Shown: positions 45,557 through 58,807, counted from the stretch's first letter. The stretch: 64,000 nucleotides of DNA from Rebecca billardiae RCC1528 (GCA_965240325.2 OZ251240.1:1240001-1304000); one strand, 5' to 3'. Program-made: numbers and translations. Notes: generated by a model from the letters alone, not told the origin.

Positions 45557-46425
45557 GGCGTGGCTACTGGGCCAAGTCTTCCGCAAGAGGGTTATAACGC
45601 GGCCTGTCGCCTATTGGGAGAGCAGGCCCGGGGTAGCGACTCGCGGTGGGCCGTGCTGCCGCAATCTGTCTGTGCAACGGTATAGCGATTTGCGCGCGGA
45701 CTGCCGCGCAGTCAGTGAGTCACTACTATATATACGGCGGCAGCACTATATCGTCCAGTAGCATGTCGTGCGTGATATGTATTATGTGTCAGACTCAGAT
45801 GTGTCTGACGACGACTCGGGCCACTGGGCGGCGAATGCGTCGGCACCACGTCGGACCGCGACGGCCCGGCGCATCCATGACGATGGGCTAGCAGTGATGC
45901 GCAGTGAGCGTGGGCATGGTCGACCGCGCGGGCCTGTGGCTGGACTTGGAGCCGGGCCCGGGGCCCGGAGACAGCGGAGTGCCCGAGCTCGGTGGCCCAG
46001 CTGCAGCAGATCAGACATGGTCCTGAGTCTGAGCCTGAGATGGTGACGTTGGCGGCATGCGTGATGAGCCACCCGCGGCCGCACGCTGCCATCAGTCATC
46101 ACGCATGATCTTGGAATCGGATTCCGGACCCGGGGCCGGGACCAGCGCCGCCGTGGTAGTAACGCCGAGCTGCTCAGTGCTCAGCTGCTGCACGGCTTGC
46201 GTATTCGACTATTCGCCGGCAAGAGCCGAGCTCGGCGAGACCTTCCGGGCTTCCAGGGCGCTCGAGGCCGAGGAGATCAGCCGCGCGCCGAGAGTCGGGG
46301 CGGCCGATGCCAGGCTACAGCCGCGCGCACTCCACGCCGCCCGCAGACGCAGTGACGGCGCGAGCGCGCACACGGCCACTCACGGCCGTGCACGTCAGTC
46401 AGTGAGTGCGTCGGCGCGTCGCGCG

Positions 46426-47376
46426 TCACGATTTGCGCGCGGCAGCGCTCGATTTGGAGACCGCGGCGTTCGCGCGCATCTCCTCGCTGTTGCGCGGCGA
46501 GCAGCACAGCATGCTGCCGAACGAGACGGCGAAGAATGACGCCACCGTCGACACGGCGAACACCGCGCCGAGCGCCGTGATGGGCTTTGACGCTTTGCAG
46601 AGGGCCCAGAGCAGGGGCTTGCAGCGGCACGAGCAGCCCTGCGCCTCCTCAGTACACACCATGTTGTCGCCGAGGTCGATGAGGTCCTCTTTCGTGCCGC
46701 GGCCGCACTCGGCGACCGCGGCGGCGATCGAACTCGCGTACTCCGCCTCGCAGCTCGCCGACGCCTTCGCCACGTGCGCTGCCAGCTGCTCGGCGCACAC
46801 GCCGGTATGCGAGTCGTCAGTCCAGTATGCTGTGCCCGACTCGATCAGCGCGGTCGCGAGGAAGAGCTGGAGGAGGAGGCAGACGCCGAGGACGGCGGTG
46901 ACGGCCGCGACGCCAGGGACGCTCCGCACGTGCGCGGAGCCCGCGCCGCCGAGCCCGAGCAGGAACAGCACCGACGCGCCGGTGAAGATGGCCGCCACCA
47001 TCCCAGGGCTCCCTTCGAGCGACTGGAAGATCTCATCGCCCGTGCGCTTGGGGAAGACGAGGTCTGGGTCGCAGTCGAGGGCCTCCTGGGCGTTGGCGAC
47101 GATCGCCTTCTCGCACTTGTACCCTTGCCGCAGCTCGTGCCACGAGCGGTGGATCACCGCGCCGGTGATGATGATCGCAAGCGCCATCACGGAGACGGCG
47201 GCGCAGAGGAACATGAATTTGGTGAGCAGCGCGTCGGTGCGCTCCTTGACGGTAGGCGTGTGGTACAGGTTGTCCAGGGAGCGCCTGTGCTTCAGATCCC
47301 GCTGGTCGCTGCGCGCCGTGTCCTTCGGCAGCGCCTGCTCCTTGTCCGGCGCCGGCGTGCTGCCGCAGCTCCCCAT
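46426..47376 (-). CDS. Four-transmembrane protein with possible N-acylation motif (MGSCGS)
   Basis: Coding-like ORF with about four hydrophobic segments and Cys-rich loops (tetraspanin-like topology). Confidence 0.65.
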   Translation of the reverse strand: MGSCGSTPAPDKEQALPKDTARSDQRDLKHRRSLDNLYHTPTVKERTDALLTKFMFLCAAVSVMALAIIITGAVIHRSWHELRQGYKCEKAIVANAQEALDCDPDLVFPKRTGDEIFQSLEGSPGMVAAIFTGASVLFLLGLGGAGSAHVRSVPGVAAVTAVLGVCLLLQLFLATALIESGTAYWTDDSHTGVCAEQLAAHVAKASASCEAEYASSIAAAVAECGRGTKEDLIDLGDNMVCTEEAQGCSCRCKPLLWALCKASKPITALGAVFAVSTVASFFAVSFGSMLCCSPRNSEEMRANAAVSKSSAAARKS

Positions 47377-48525
47377 GGCTGCGCACTTCAAGAGCAGCTG
47401 CTCGCCTGCTTGGTGGGGAGAAAGGCGCGCTCGCGACGGCGGCAGCCCATTTTTCGATGACGCGGTCGGCGGTCCGGCTACCGTGGCCGGACTCGTCGTC
47501 ATCGGTGATCATAAAAAGCGGGAAAATAATCCGGCGCGGAGACGGCTGGTAAATCGCTCGTCATTCTCGGACAGCACGACGGACACGCCCGCGGCGCGCG
47601 TCGAGGTTGAGCATAGGCGGCCTTGTGAAGGACGAGCCCCGGGGAATCGTGGGTGGACGCAGCAGCCTCCATCAAGAACAGGACAACTACGTGCGCCAGC
47701 CAAGAGGCAGCGCTCGAAAACGCGAAACAGACGCTTCAGCCAAGGTCACCGCCGCACAGCGAGTGGCAGACTCGGCCAGGCAGCTATCTATTTGCCATGG
47801 CTTTTCGAGGCATGCACGCTGAGAGTGAGTACATCTGCCTTGACATCTGCTGAAGGCAGCCCTTCAGCCGCAGTGGTCGTTGCCACTCGATTGTGTAGTC
47901 TGTAGAGGTACGCCGACACTCATGGTGTCACGCCCACCGGCACGGCGCGACCGACGCTGACAAGTCATCACATGACAACAGCCAACGACAATTCAAAGCG
48001 GCAACAGCAGGGCAGCAGCGGACAGACTCGTTTCCCAGCGACCCCTGCTACTCAGCCCAACAGCATTGCAATCACCGATCCCAGAATCAGTCAGATGTGT
48101 TCTATAATCTATTGCCGCACGCTGCTGGCACATCTGAGCGCTACTGTAGCTGCCGCCTACTGTGAGCCTAGTGCTTCCGCCACCCAGAGACCAGAAGCAG
48201 ATCCGCGTCCGACTACTGTACAGCTTAATACGAATAAGACACGCACACGGCTCAGGCACCCTTATTAGGCATGACCATACCGGGATTCACTGGGACCCCC
48301 TGTACAGTATGTAGAATTAGCCTCAGCATCAATGACCAGCCGTTGCTGCCCTAATCACACTATCACAGTTTGCCACGCGAATGTTAATACGTGCCACACA
48401 CAGCTCAGGCACCCTTCAATCTCTCTAGGCTGATTGATATTTGATATGCCGTAGTCTGTCGAAGCCGTCGCCAATTTCAGCGCAGCCGGACAATCCATTC
48501 GTCAGTCCGCCTGCTGGGCCTGGAA

Positions 48526-48645
48526 GGGGGCAGCGGCCGCCTCGCGGCGCGCCAGCGCCCGTCGTTCTCGCCCCGCCGTCGCCCGAAGTCTCTGACCTAT
48601 TGTCCGATTGGACGCCGAGGCGACAGCGCGCCGACAGGGTGATGC
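48526..48645 (+). repeat. Degenerate copy of the 3' end of the element-borne ORF (26586-26712)
   Basis: Shared GCGGCCGCCTCGCGGCGCGCCAGCGCCCGTCGT(C/T)CTCGCCCC...ACAGCGCGCCGACAGG.TGA. Confidence 0.75.
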
Positions 48646-49380
48646 AGTAGGGAATGATGTGCGGACTGCTGGTTTGGTAGGGGTGTATCATTACATAGTC
48701 ACTGAGTAATAACAGCAGTGATGTATCGAGCGGCAAGGCAGAACTGGGCGCATGCCATTTTGCATTGACGCAGCCGCTGGATCCTACCCGCCTGTCGTCA
48801 CTGTCAGTGTCGTCACGGTAATGACGGTCAGGCGGCTGCCTAGGTATCGTCAGAGGCAGCTAGAATTATGAGTCGTCGTAGTCAGGCATGCGCCACTGAA
48901 CTGTCCGACGCGTTTCAGCTGAGCCTACACTGTACACACTCAACTGTTGGCGTTTAATTATACATAGCATACCACGTCGTTAATATGCATAGCGTCGCGT
49001 GACGGTTATTGACGAGTTTTCAGCACGACGGCGTTATTCAGTGGCCGGTAAACACTCAATAATAAAACAGTCAGAACGCTATACTAATAATATGTTTTTT
49101 CATATTATTAGAGAGTTTTATCAGCACACACTGTCTGACAAGCTCCATCCACTTACCGCTCATCTCAGCACTGCGACGCTGTGGCCACTGTGCTGACGCC
49201 TGTCGATTCGTCTCATCACGTTACGACCGCTGCGGCTCGGTGAGCTGTCCGTCATAGTGTGGCGCTGAAACGCGCGCGTATCATCTGCACCTGGACAACC
49301 TGCCGCTTGCGCAGCCGGGAGGACGTGCGTCACGTGGACCCTGAGCGAGTCCACACGCACGCCAAATGGAAGCATGCCTG

Positions 49381-51160
49381 CTACACCTGCATCTTATTTG
49401 CAGCCTTGATGAGTGGGGTGGTCGCCACTTTGGGCTGCTGGGCCCTTGCTGTGCCAGATGGAGGGGGCACCGGCCGGCCAGGGCGGCTGGATGCCGACGG
49501 GGACTTCGCGCCGGTTGCCGTATGCGCTGCGCCTGCGAGCACGGGGTGGACGGGGCGCGATCGCCGCACGGGGGTTGCAGCGCAGCGCGCGGAGTGAGCA
49601 CCATGGTTGGCACTTCGTCACGCGCGCTGCGCGCGGGCGCGTGCTCAGTGCTGCGCGCCGCCGAGCTCGCGCACCCGCATCAGCAGCAGTCCCTTTTCGC
49701 TTGGCTGTCGACTCGTTCGGCGCGTCCGCGGCCTTGGCCGACCTGTCCGTCGAGACAGACGCGCTGCTGCTTGCGCCGGAGCCCGCACTCTCACGCGAGC
49801 CGTTCGAGCCCTTCGCGGTTTTGCGCGCCCTGCCACCGTCCCCGCCTCCGCCAAAGAGCGTAGCCACCCACGACGTGTTCTCCGCCGGCTTGGCCAGGAT
49901 ATCCGCGGCAACTGGGTCCTTGTCAGGCATCGGCCCCTGCTGCGCCCACATCATGTTGCCCGCGATATGGCTCGGGCGGTGCGAGAGCTGCTCGGCGGTG
50001 GGCTCCGCCACGCTGTCCTCCCTGACGCCCTTCATCGCGGCCTTGCGCTTCTCCTTCTCCTCGTACTCGTTCTTGCGGAACTGCTTCTTGATGACCTTGG
50101 GAGCGAGGTCCATCGCGGCCTCGGTGAGCGGCGGGAACAGGTCGGGCTCGGCGACGGGCTTGGGCGCGTCGCCCGTCTGCGTCGCAGTTGACGCCCCCTC
50201 GTGCTGATGGAAGCGGCCGCTGATGATGTTGGTGGGCGGAATGAAGAATTCCTGAGTAAGGCTGTTGCCATACTTGGCAATCGTGTACATGTAGTAGATC
50301 ACGAAGAGGGCGCACACGATCGCCGCGATGACGTGGAAGTTCAGAAAGCTCTGTTCGCGCGGTGGCGGCGCACACGGCAGGCGCCTAGCGATGAGCCGCT
50401 ACCACGCGCGCGGTAGTTGCGCGTTCGCGCACGCACGACGAGCACAGCTGCGCACATTCACGAGAATCGAGAACTGGAAGAGGTTGAGCGCGAACGCGAA
50501 CGACTGGATCACCTTGCGGTTGACGCGCGCGAGGCCCAGTACCGCGCGGTCGACCGAGCCCTCCGGCCCGCGCAGCGCGAGGCCCGGTCCGAGGATGGTG
50601 GAGATGAGGCAGATGTACAGCGTGTACAGCGTCGAGCCCATGGCTGCATCGTTAACACGTGGAGAGAAGTGCGCGCGTGGGTCGCGGCCGCTGGCAGTTG
50701 GGATCAGAGGGCGCGGGTGCGGCAGCAAGCTGGCGGGTGCTCAGCAGCCTCACCGCACGCCGGCCTGGAGCACAGGCGAGACCCGAACTCCCTGAGCACG
50801 CAACCATTGCGCGCGACGCGGTGCTGCCGAGCGCCGGCAAGCAGACAGTGCAGCCAACGCGCGCGCACCTGAGATGGTGGAGGTGAGGTAGAAGAGCTCG
50901 AGCACGACCTGCATCTGCTGCTGCGGCTGGAGCGCGAACGTGAGTACCACGAACGAATCCTGCGTGTAGTCGCGGAGCCACGACAGCTGGTCCGCCGACT
51001 CGTGGTTGGCGAGCGTCTGGAAGGCAAACCCAGCGAGCAGCGACGCCTGCAGGCCGATGTTGTTGATGTTGTTCGTGTAGTACTGAAGCTCGCGGTTGCG
51101 CACCTCGAGGATGTCCTTGGCGAGCTCGGCGTGCAGCTCGCGCTTCGTCGCGTACAGCAT
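49381..51160 (-). CDS. Orai-like/uncharacterised 4-TM membrane protein, paralogue A (spliced)
   Basis: MLYATKRELHAELAKD...NIGLQASLLAGFAF...LFYLTSTIS|AMGSTLYTLYICL...GPGLALRGPEGSVDRAV...|SFLNFHVIAAIVC. GT-AG introns; the 3' end is approximate. Confidence 0.72.
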
Positions 51161-52973
51161 CGCGCTGAAGTGAGCGCCGCGCTCGGAGGAGAGGCGCCCG
51201 GGCCCCGCCTTTTTGGGCGGTGGGCAGGCTTGATGGAGGCGCTGCTCGTCAAGCGACGGCCCCAGCCGCCCAAGCAAGTCCTGCTACGTACGGCTCGCCT
51301 GCAGGCGTCCCGGGCCGCGCCGGCGGGCGGCGGGGCCGGTACGGCCGACGAGGACAACTTATGATTCAGGCTGCCCCCGTGCCACTCGGTATTCACAGCT
51401 ATCGGATTGGCAGCCGCCGGGTGCAACAAATCCAGCGCACGCAGAAACGGTCGCCGTCGGTTCATTCCCAAACGGCCCTTGCCAAATCATGCGGTTACCC
51501 ATCTGATCTGAGCAGATCAGTCATCAGGCCAGAATGATCAGGCCAGATAGGGGCTGGTGATTATTGTTGCGCTGAGCCGAACGAGTGTGCGCACCCGCCG
51601 GCGCCGTCAAACTTGTAATTAAAAGAGGTTTGCTCGTGTGCAGATGAGCCGAGCGAGTGTGAAAGTATATATGGGGGTACAGTATTGGCCTAAAGTATTT
51701 GTAGTGATGCACGTTTCGTCGTTTGCCCAACAGTCGTACAGTAGCACCTTGGGAGCACTGTCTTGCGGTACTGTCGCCTGCCTGAGCCGTGTGCGTCTCT
51801 TATTCTGAGTAAACTGTACAGTACTGATGTACTCACTTGTTAGATTTTGACGACTGTGGCCGATGATACAATCAGCCGCTGATGCGGCAGGGCTGCGTGT
51901 GCGAGCAGATTTAGAATTGCCTGGCGGCATGTAGCCTGCATAGTACGCGCGGGCCGCTATAAACCTGGCCGCTGATGGCTACAGGCAATCGCAGGCAAGA
52001 AGAAGTCAGATAGATCTCACGGCTAGTCACGTCGGTTTCTTAGCCGTTCGGTAGCACGAGCGCCTACGGAGTCTCAGTTTCTTAGCTGCTAGGAATAGTA
52101 GGTTCGCCCGCCGCGCAGGCGCGGGGGGCGCAGGCCCAGGGGGGAGGGGGGGCAGACCGCAGAGCCCCCCGCCCGCTGAGTCTTTCAGGCCCGGCCGGCG
52201 AGGCCGAATATAAAAAATTGGGCCTTTTTGGAGCAAACTGGCAGGATGTTGAAGCATGGATGCCGCTGTGCACTGCGGCCAGAAGTCACTCAGTCAGTCA
52301 AGTCAGGAGAAGTCGGCGGGACTTGGCCTGTACTCGTATTCGGGCCGCGCGCCGCGTCCCATCACCCATGGGCACTGCGGCCTCGGCGGACCACTGAGTC
52401 AGCCGCGGCGACATAGGCCCGGTTTAGTTAGTGTGACTATGTGTATAGCGAACCAACCAATCGGCTAGTCTCAGTTTCTAGGCCAGATCCGCAGATAGCA
52501 CTAGCCCCAGTTTCTTAACTAATAATAACTCGTGACTGAGCTCCTCATTGCCCGCGATTGCCTACGTACTCGGTCTCGGAGTTATCATTGTTATTTTGAA
52601 ACCGAGCCGCTCTTAGCAACTCATACGAACTACTACGTCTACTATTAATTCGTCATATATATATTGATGAGTCGTATATTCTGTCTCACTGAAGACATTC
52701 ACAGAGTACGACATGCACGGTCCGAATGATACGATTTGACTCGGGCGCGGTCTGACCGTTCACCGTTGCGCATTATTATGGCTACAGCGCGGTTGAAAGC
52801 CACGCGCACCGCCGTATCTGCATCCGCGCCACTCTGGTCGTCCACCGGCCGCCTTCTGATCTGTCGTCGCCGCGCTCTCGCCTTTCGACGACGGCGAACG
52901 AGCTAGTGAACGACGACTGCGGGACGATCGTCCGAATCACCACACACGGATATATCCACATCATACCGCCTGC

Positions 52974-54391
52974 TCACCGGCGGCCGGCCCTTCCGTCGCG
53001 GCCGCCATCGTGGGTGCTCCTGGACGCGCTCGACGACCCGTCCTGGGAATCCGAGTAGAAGCTGCCCGAGTCGTAGCTGCTGCCATCGTCGTAGGGGCCT
53101 CGCTCGAGCGGACGGCGGATGGCCTCGAGCGGCTTTGGTGGCTCATCGTTGGGCACTGGCGCGGGCTTGGCGGCCTCGCCGCCGAAGACGTTGGTAAACC
53201 ACTCGTCGAGTGACCTCCCGCGTACGCCAGATCCGTCGGCGGCGTCGGGTGGCATGTTTGGCCCGTCCTCGCGCAGCAGCGGGCCCTGCCAGCGGTACAT
53301 CATGTTGCCCGCAACAGTGCTCGGCTTGTGTGCATGTGGGTACTCGTCGGCCGCAGAGACGCGCCCGCCAGTCTTGAGCGTGCGTGAGTCGCGCATGTTC
53401 TGCATCCGCGTTGGGAACAGATCGCCGGCCTTGTCGATCTCACGCCGCGCCATCGACGCGTCGTCCTCCTGGCCTTCGACCACCTCCTGCTCGAACTGGC
53501 CGGTCACGATGGAGCTCGGGTCGATGACAAACTCGCGCGTGAGCTGGTTGCCATTGCGCGTGATGCTGAACATGTAGTAGATGACAAAGATCATGCAGAC
53601 CACCGCTGCGATGACGTGGAAGTTGAGGAAGCTCTGCGCGAAGCGCGCGGCCGGGCGAGCGAGCGGCGGGGGGTCGCGCGGGTCAGCACGGTCGCCGGGC
53701 GGAGGCAGGCGCGCTGGGCGGGCGCGCGGGGCGCGCCGCGCCACACGTTCACGAGGATCGAGAACTGGAAGAGGTTGAGCGCGAACGCAAACGACTGGAT
53801 CACCTTGCGGTTGACGCGCGCGAGACCCAGCACCGCGCGGTCGACCGAGCCCTCCGGCCCGCGCAGCGCGAGGCCCGGTCCGAGGATGGTGGAGATGAGG
53901 CAGATGTACAGCGTGTATAGCGTCGAGCCCATGGCTGCGGGAAGCGTGCGCGCGCGCGCGCGAGCGGGTGCGCTCCAACGTCACGCTTGAGGCGGGCGGG
54001 CGGCGGGCGGGGTGGGGCATATCGCGCGCCCGCGCAAGCGCTATTGCGTGACGCGCCCGCTCTCCCCGCACGGCGGACGACGGCGCTTTTGGCGCGCACC
54101 TGAGATGGTGGAGGTGAGGTAGAAGAGCTCGAGCAGCACCTGCATCTGCTGCTGGGGCTCGAGCGCAAAGTCGAGGACAACGAAGGGGTCATCCGACTTC
54201 TCGTCAATCCATTGCATCACGTCGCGCGACTCGTGGCTTGTGAGCGTCGTGAAGGCGAACCCGGAGAGCAGGGACGCGTTCAGGCCGATGTTGTTGATGT
54301 TGGTCGTGTAGTAATCGAGCTCGCGCTGGCGCACCTCGAGGATGTCCTTGGCGAGCTCGGCGTGCAGCTCGCGCTTGAATGCGTAGAGCAT
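52974..54391 (-). CDS. Orai-like/uncharacterised 4-TM membrane protein, paralogue B (spliced)
   Basis: Same first two intron positions as paralogue A. NIGLNASLLSGFAF; exon 2 is identical to A at the protein level. Confidence 0.72.
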
Positions 54392-54694
54392 CGCGCCCGG
54401 TGAGCACCGGCGCCTGTCCGCGCGGCCGCTGCACCCTTTGTTGACTTGCCGCCCCTGACGTCCAGAGCACCTGGGTGCTCAGCGTGAGGCAGCCACCCTG
54501 ATGATCGAAAATGGTGAGACGATGCTTTTGCGCCCGCCCGCGTGAAGTCCGCGGCGAAGCAGCGAAGGTGGTTACGCGGCAAGGGTTATACAATGCGGGT
54601 ATCCTACCACAAGCGGCCAGTGAAGCGGGCAACTTCGGCCGTATGAGTATGGTACAGACTGTAGTATGGGGGTAGCGTTCCTGCAGGTCTGCAT

Positions 54695-56233
54695 GTGGAG
54701 CTGCACGATGCCGCGGCGGATGCGATGACGATGAGATCCATCGGGCTGGCCTCCACACGCGATGGCCGCCAGGTGGGCGCGACGGGGTGGACGGGCGACG
54801 AGCAGAGCGCAACCGGCCAGCGTTCCGCGCAGCCGCAGCCGTCGGCTCGACCCTGCGCGCCTGCTTGGCAGGTGGCGGGCAACCGGCGCAGGACAGCACA
54901 GCAGCGGCGGCGAGCGGTGGGCATCTTCGCACTCGTCACCAACTTCGCCCTGGCCCTGGCATTGCACGCTGGGGTTGCCGAGGGGCGAAACAAGCTCGCC
55001 GAGCTGGTGAGCACCATGCTTCAGCCCAACGCCGCCTTTCAGCGGATCGTGACGTGGCGCAAGTGCGTGGTCGTGCTAAGCGCGCACGGTGAGTGGTCGC
55101 CATGCGTGGAGGGCCGCGTGCGACACCTAGCCGAGACCGTGCCCCAAGTCTGCGACGCGGTGGTGCTGCTGGATGTCACCAACGCGTCGATGCCGGTGCG
55201 TGCGATCGCACACGCAGCCTCGCGCTTGCTCACATGGCGGTCCAACCTGCATGTCGTGCCCTTCGACCAAGAGCACGTCCTCGGCATGCTTCTCGAGCGC
55301 GGCTACTCGCGCGAAGCGATGGTCGCGTTCAGCCCGTTCACCTCGGGGCTGTCGAAGGTGCTCTGGCTGGTGTGGGCGTCCATGCAGACCTACGAAGAGT
55401 TCTGGTACGCCGAGGGCGACGTACTGGTGCTCACGCCGTGGAGAACGATGCTGATGCAGGCGCACACACGCGGCCTGCTGGCCGCGAGGCGCGATGGCTC
55501 GCAATACCTGGTCACGCGCGAGTGCGAGACTGACACGAGCTGGTTCTGGGCCCTGGCGGACTGCACGCTCTGCCCGCGCCCGCCGCTGCCGACCGTGCAC
55601 TGCCTCCTCGCGCTGCACGGCGCGAGCCGAGGCTTGCTGCGCGCGACGGCCCTGGCACTGCGCTACGGACAGCTGCGCGGGCATCACGAGGCAATGCTGC
55701 CGTGGGCGTGCGACCGGCTCGTCACCAATTGCACGCGCATGGCGCTCGACTACGACGGGCTTATCACGGACACGACGGCTGTGCAGCGCATCGAGCGAGT
55801 CCAGCAGCGCGAACTGCTCGGCGAGGCGCGCCAATACGAGCTGCACGCGCGCAATCTGCCTGGCGGCTGGCCGGTGAATCGGCACGCCTACCCACGGCTG
55901 CCGCCCGAGCTCTTCCGGCTCAAGCCGACGAAGGCCGTCGTCATGCACCCGGTCAAGTGCCTGCCCGGCGGTCTGCCGCTGCCACCGCTGCCAGTGGTCG
56001 CCGCGCCATTCGCTCAGGAGGGGATGCCTGGCGGTTGGCGGGCAGCACCTGCTGCCCCTGCGACGAACAAAGCGCACGGCGGCTCCCATTCATCGGGCTC
56101 ATCCTCGTCTGAAAGCAGCCGCCATCATCACAGTATTCGTCGCCACTCCAGCCACCCCAGCCAAAGCAGCGGGCACTCATCGCGCCATCATCACTCTTCC
56201 TCCTCGTCGTCATTGCATCAGCACCATCAATAA
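54695..56233 (+). CDS. Hypothetical type-II membrane protein, possibly glycosyltransferase-like, with His/Ser-rich tail
   Basis: Long ORF with one N-proximal TM, YEEFWYAEGDV, GHHE and HPVK motifs. Start codon uncertain. Confidence 0.55.
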   Translation: MELHDAAADAMTMRSIGLASTRDGRQVGATGWTGDEQSATGQRSAQPQPSARPCAPAWQVAGNRRRTAQQRRRAVGIFALVTNFALALALHAGVAEGRNKLAELVSTMLQPNAAFQRIVTWRKCVVVLSAHGEWSPCVEGRVRHLAETVPQVCDAVVLLDVTNASMPVRAIAHAASRLLTWRSNLHVVPFDQEHVLGMLLERGYSREAMVAFSPFTSGLSKVLWLVWASMQTYEEFWYAEGDVLVLTPWRTMLMQAHTRGLLAARRDGSQYLVTRECETDTSWFWALADCTLCPRPPLPTVHCLLALHGASRGLLRATALALRYGQLRGHHEAMLPWACDRLVTNCTRMALDYDGLITDTTAVQRIERVQQRELLGEARQYELHARNLPGGWPVNRHAYPRLPPELFRLKPTKAVVMHPVKCLPGGLPLPPLPVVAAPFAQEGMPGGWRAAPAAPATNKAHGGSHSSGSSSSESSRHHHSIRRHSSHPSQSSGHSSRHHHSSSSSSLHQHHQ

Positions 56234-56893
56234 TAAGCCCTAAGGCGCTGCGACTCAGCTATTTATAATAAGTGACCTATTCGGCGCATTACACTCATCA
56301 GGTGGCCCGGCCCTGCCATGCAGTCCGGTCATAGAAACCGGGCGTACCGAAAATGATATATCTTATTTGCATTCCTGCGGCCGAATGAGCACCGTTGACA
56401 GGCCGGACAGGGCCCCAAGTAGGGTTGCTTACTGATGGATGGCCAGCAATAAGTGCCCCGGTGACGGGGTGCACGTTAAAATCAGCAGTACTTGTGCTAG
56501 TGATGAGTGATGATGACTACTGCTTCAGATCAGACTATTAATTTTCGTCATGGCCATTTACCCAGGCCGGAGACATATTTCCAATAGCTACGGGTGCATC
56601 CGGATCGCTCCCGGATGGCATGTCGTTCGATGGCCAGGGTCTGAAATGTGGGCGGTAAATACATATATGTAATACAATATAACTAGAGTCTGAACTATAG
56701 AGAAAGTGCTTGTTGCATGGCCCAAAAGGCAGCAAAAATTAAAATATCGTCATCGCTCTATCTGATCGTCGTCATCGATCTGGTTACAGTAGGCATCATC
56801 CTTCGGGGTCCGCCTCGACTGTCATGATGCAGTTTAAATTGCTGCAGTTTTGACACGAGTAGCTAGTGACGACGACGCTTATCAATGTCGTAG

Positions 56894-57185
<292 letters not shown>

Positions 57186-57727
57186 CATGCCCTTAAATTC
57201 AGGCGAAGGAGCCCCGCCGGGATAGAGCTGGCACACTCACTGCGTCAGTGCGTGAGTCGTGCCGCTATAGCAGCTATAGTATAGCCGTGCCAGTCTCCGT
57301 GCGGTCACTGACTCTGACTGACGTCTGGATGCCCCGAGGCAGGGGCCCGTCCGGCTGACCGACTACTGAGCCATGCAGAGCCGACGTCGAATTTATATGA
57401 CACCGCTGCTGACAGCAGCAGCGCGCGCGCGCGCACCGTCGTGCATGACCGCCCGCCCGGACCCGATGGCCGATGCTGAGTCCCGTGTGGCGTGTCTAGG
57501 CCGGCGACTGCAAAGCAGCACCGGCGACGACCGGACAAGAAGCAGTTAGCAGACGGCTGAAGACGATCACGATGGGCACCGCGCGCACAGCCGTGGTAGC
57601 AAACGCATAGAATCATGGACTGCAGCGCGCACACTGCGTCGCAGCACCAGGCCTTGGGTGGTGTCTGCCGGTCTGCGCTGCCCGCCGCGCCCCAGCGGCC
57701 GCAGCCTGACATTCGCGCGCTATGCGC

Positions 57728-58807
57728 TCACACAAGCATCGTGCTGGTGAGCGAGCTCGCAGGCGCGAATGGCGTGCTCACCAGCGCGCGGTTGCCGGGC
57801 TCCCGCAAGAACTGAATCAGCTCGCGCACGTGCGGCCGGTAGAAGCCGTCGAGCGCCGCCCGCTCGCGCTTGCCCAGCGTGGAGGCGCTGCCGCTCTGCA
57901 CGTTGTGGTGAGCCGCCGTCAGCAGCGCGCGGCGGGGGTGCGCGTCGGCGGCCGGGCGCGTGGGCGCGAGCGTGGCGTTGTCCGCGCGCGCGCTTCGTCG
58001 GCTTGCGTGGAGCCCGCGCTTGGGGCTGCCGCCGCCCTTGCGCGTGCCCAGCCGTAACGGCCGGCCGAAAAAATGCGCCAGGTCGCTCAGGACGCGCGCC
58101 GTCTGGGTCAGGTAACCGCCAAATGTAACGATGGCCACCTGCCGCGGGCCGAAGGCGCGGACCCACGCGCCGAGCTGCGGGGCGTAGAGCCCGCCGATCA
58201 GAGCGTCCCCGAACTCGCCGCCGAGCGTGTTGCACGCCGAGCCCCACAGCCGCCCCGAGCCGAGTGGCAGCTGGTGCCTCTGCGCGCACGCGGCCATTCG
58301 GCGGAGCGACTCGCGTGCCCACGTGCTCACGTCGAGCTTCGAGTGGTGGAAATGGCGGCCCTGGTGGTCGAACCAGCTGCGCGCGCGGTCCGTCGGGTTG
58401 CGCAGCACCACAACGATCCGCACCGCCGCGCTCGCGCGCGCGCTGAGGTACGTCTCTCGCGCGCGCTCCGCCGAGCCGATCACCTTCAGGTAGTCAGGCG
58501 TGGCGTCGATGGCGAAGAGGCTGGTGCCGAGGAGGAGCGGGCACGGGCGGAAGTGCTGGACGTAGTACTTGGCGCCGGCCGCGTACGTGCGGTCGAAGAA
58601 GTGCGTCTCCTTCGCGTAGTACGCCGGCTCGTTGGGCAGCGCGCGGCCGCCGCTCGCGCCGACAACAGTCCGCATCAGATCGGCGTAGAGCGACGTGGTG
58701 CCGGCCTTTTGCGCGCCGACGATGAGCACGGCGGGCAGAAGGTGGTGCGAGAGGCAGATTGAGCGCTGCGCCCGCGAGCTCGGCGCCGCCAAGACGCCCG
58801 GCGGCAT
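57728..58807 (-). CDS. Sulfotransferase, heparan-sulfate 3-O/N-sulfotransferase-like
   Basis: PAVLIVGAQKAGTTSL, KETHFFD, DATPDY, VVLRNPTDRARSW, GLYAPQL..W, FYRPH. Confidence 0.85.
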   Translation of the reverse strand: MPPGVLAAPSSRAQRSICLSHHLLPAVLIVGAQKAGTTSLYADLMRTVVGASGGRALPNEPAYYAKETHFFDRTYAAGAKYYVQHFRPCPLLLGTSLFAIDATPDYLKVIGSAERARETYLSARASAAVRIVVVLRNPTDRARSWFDHQGRHFHHSKLDVSTWARESLRRMAACAQRHQLPLGSGRLWGSACNTLGGEFGDALIGGLYAPQLGAWVRAFGPRQVAIVTFGGYLTQTARVLSDLAHFFGRPLRLGTRKGGGSPKRGLHASRRSARADNATLAPTRPAADAHPRRALLTAAHHNVQSGSASTLGKRERAALDGFYRPHVRELIQFLREPGNRALVSTPFAPASSLTSTMLV

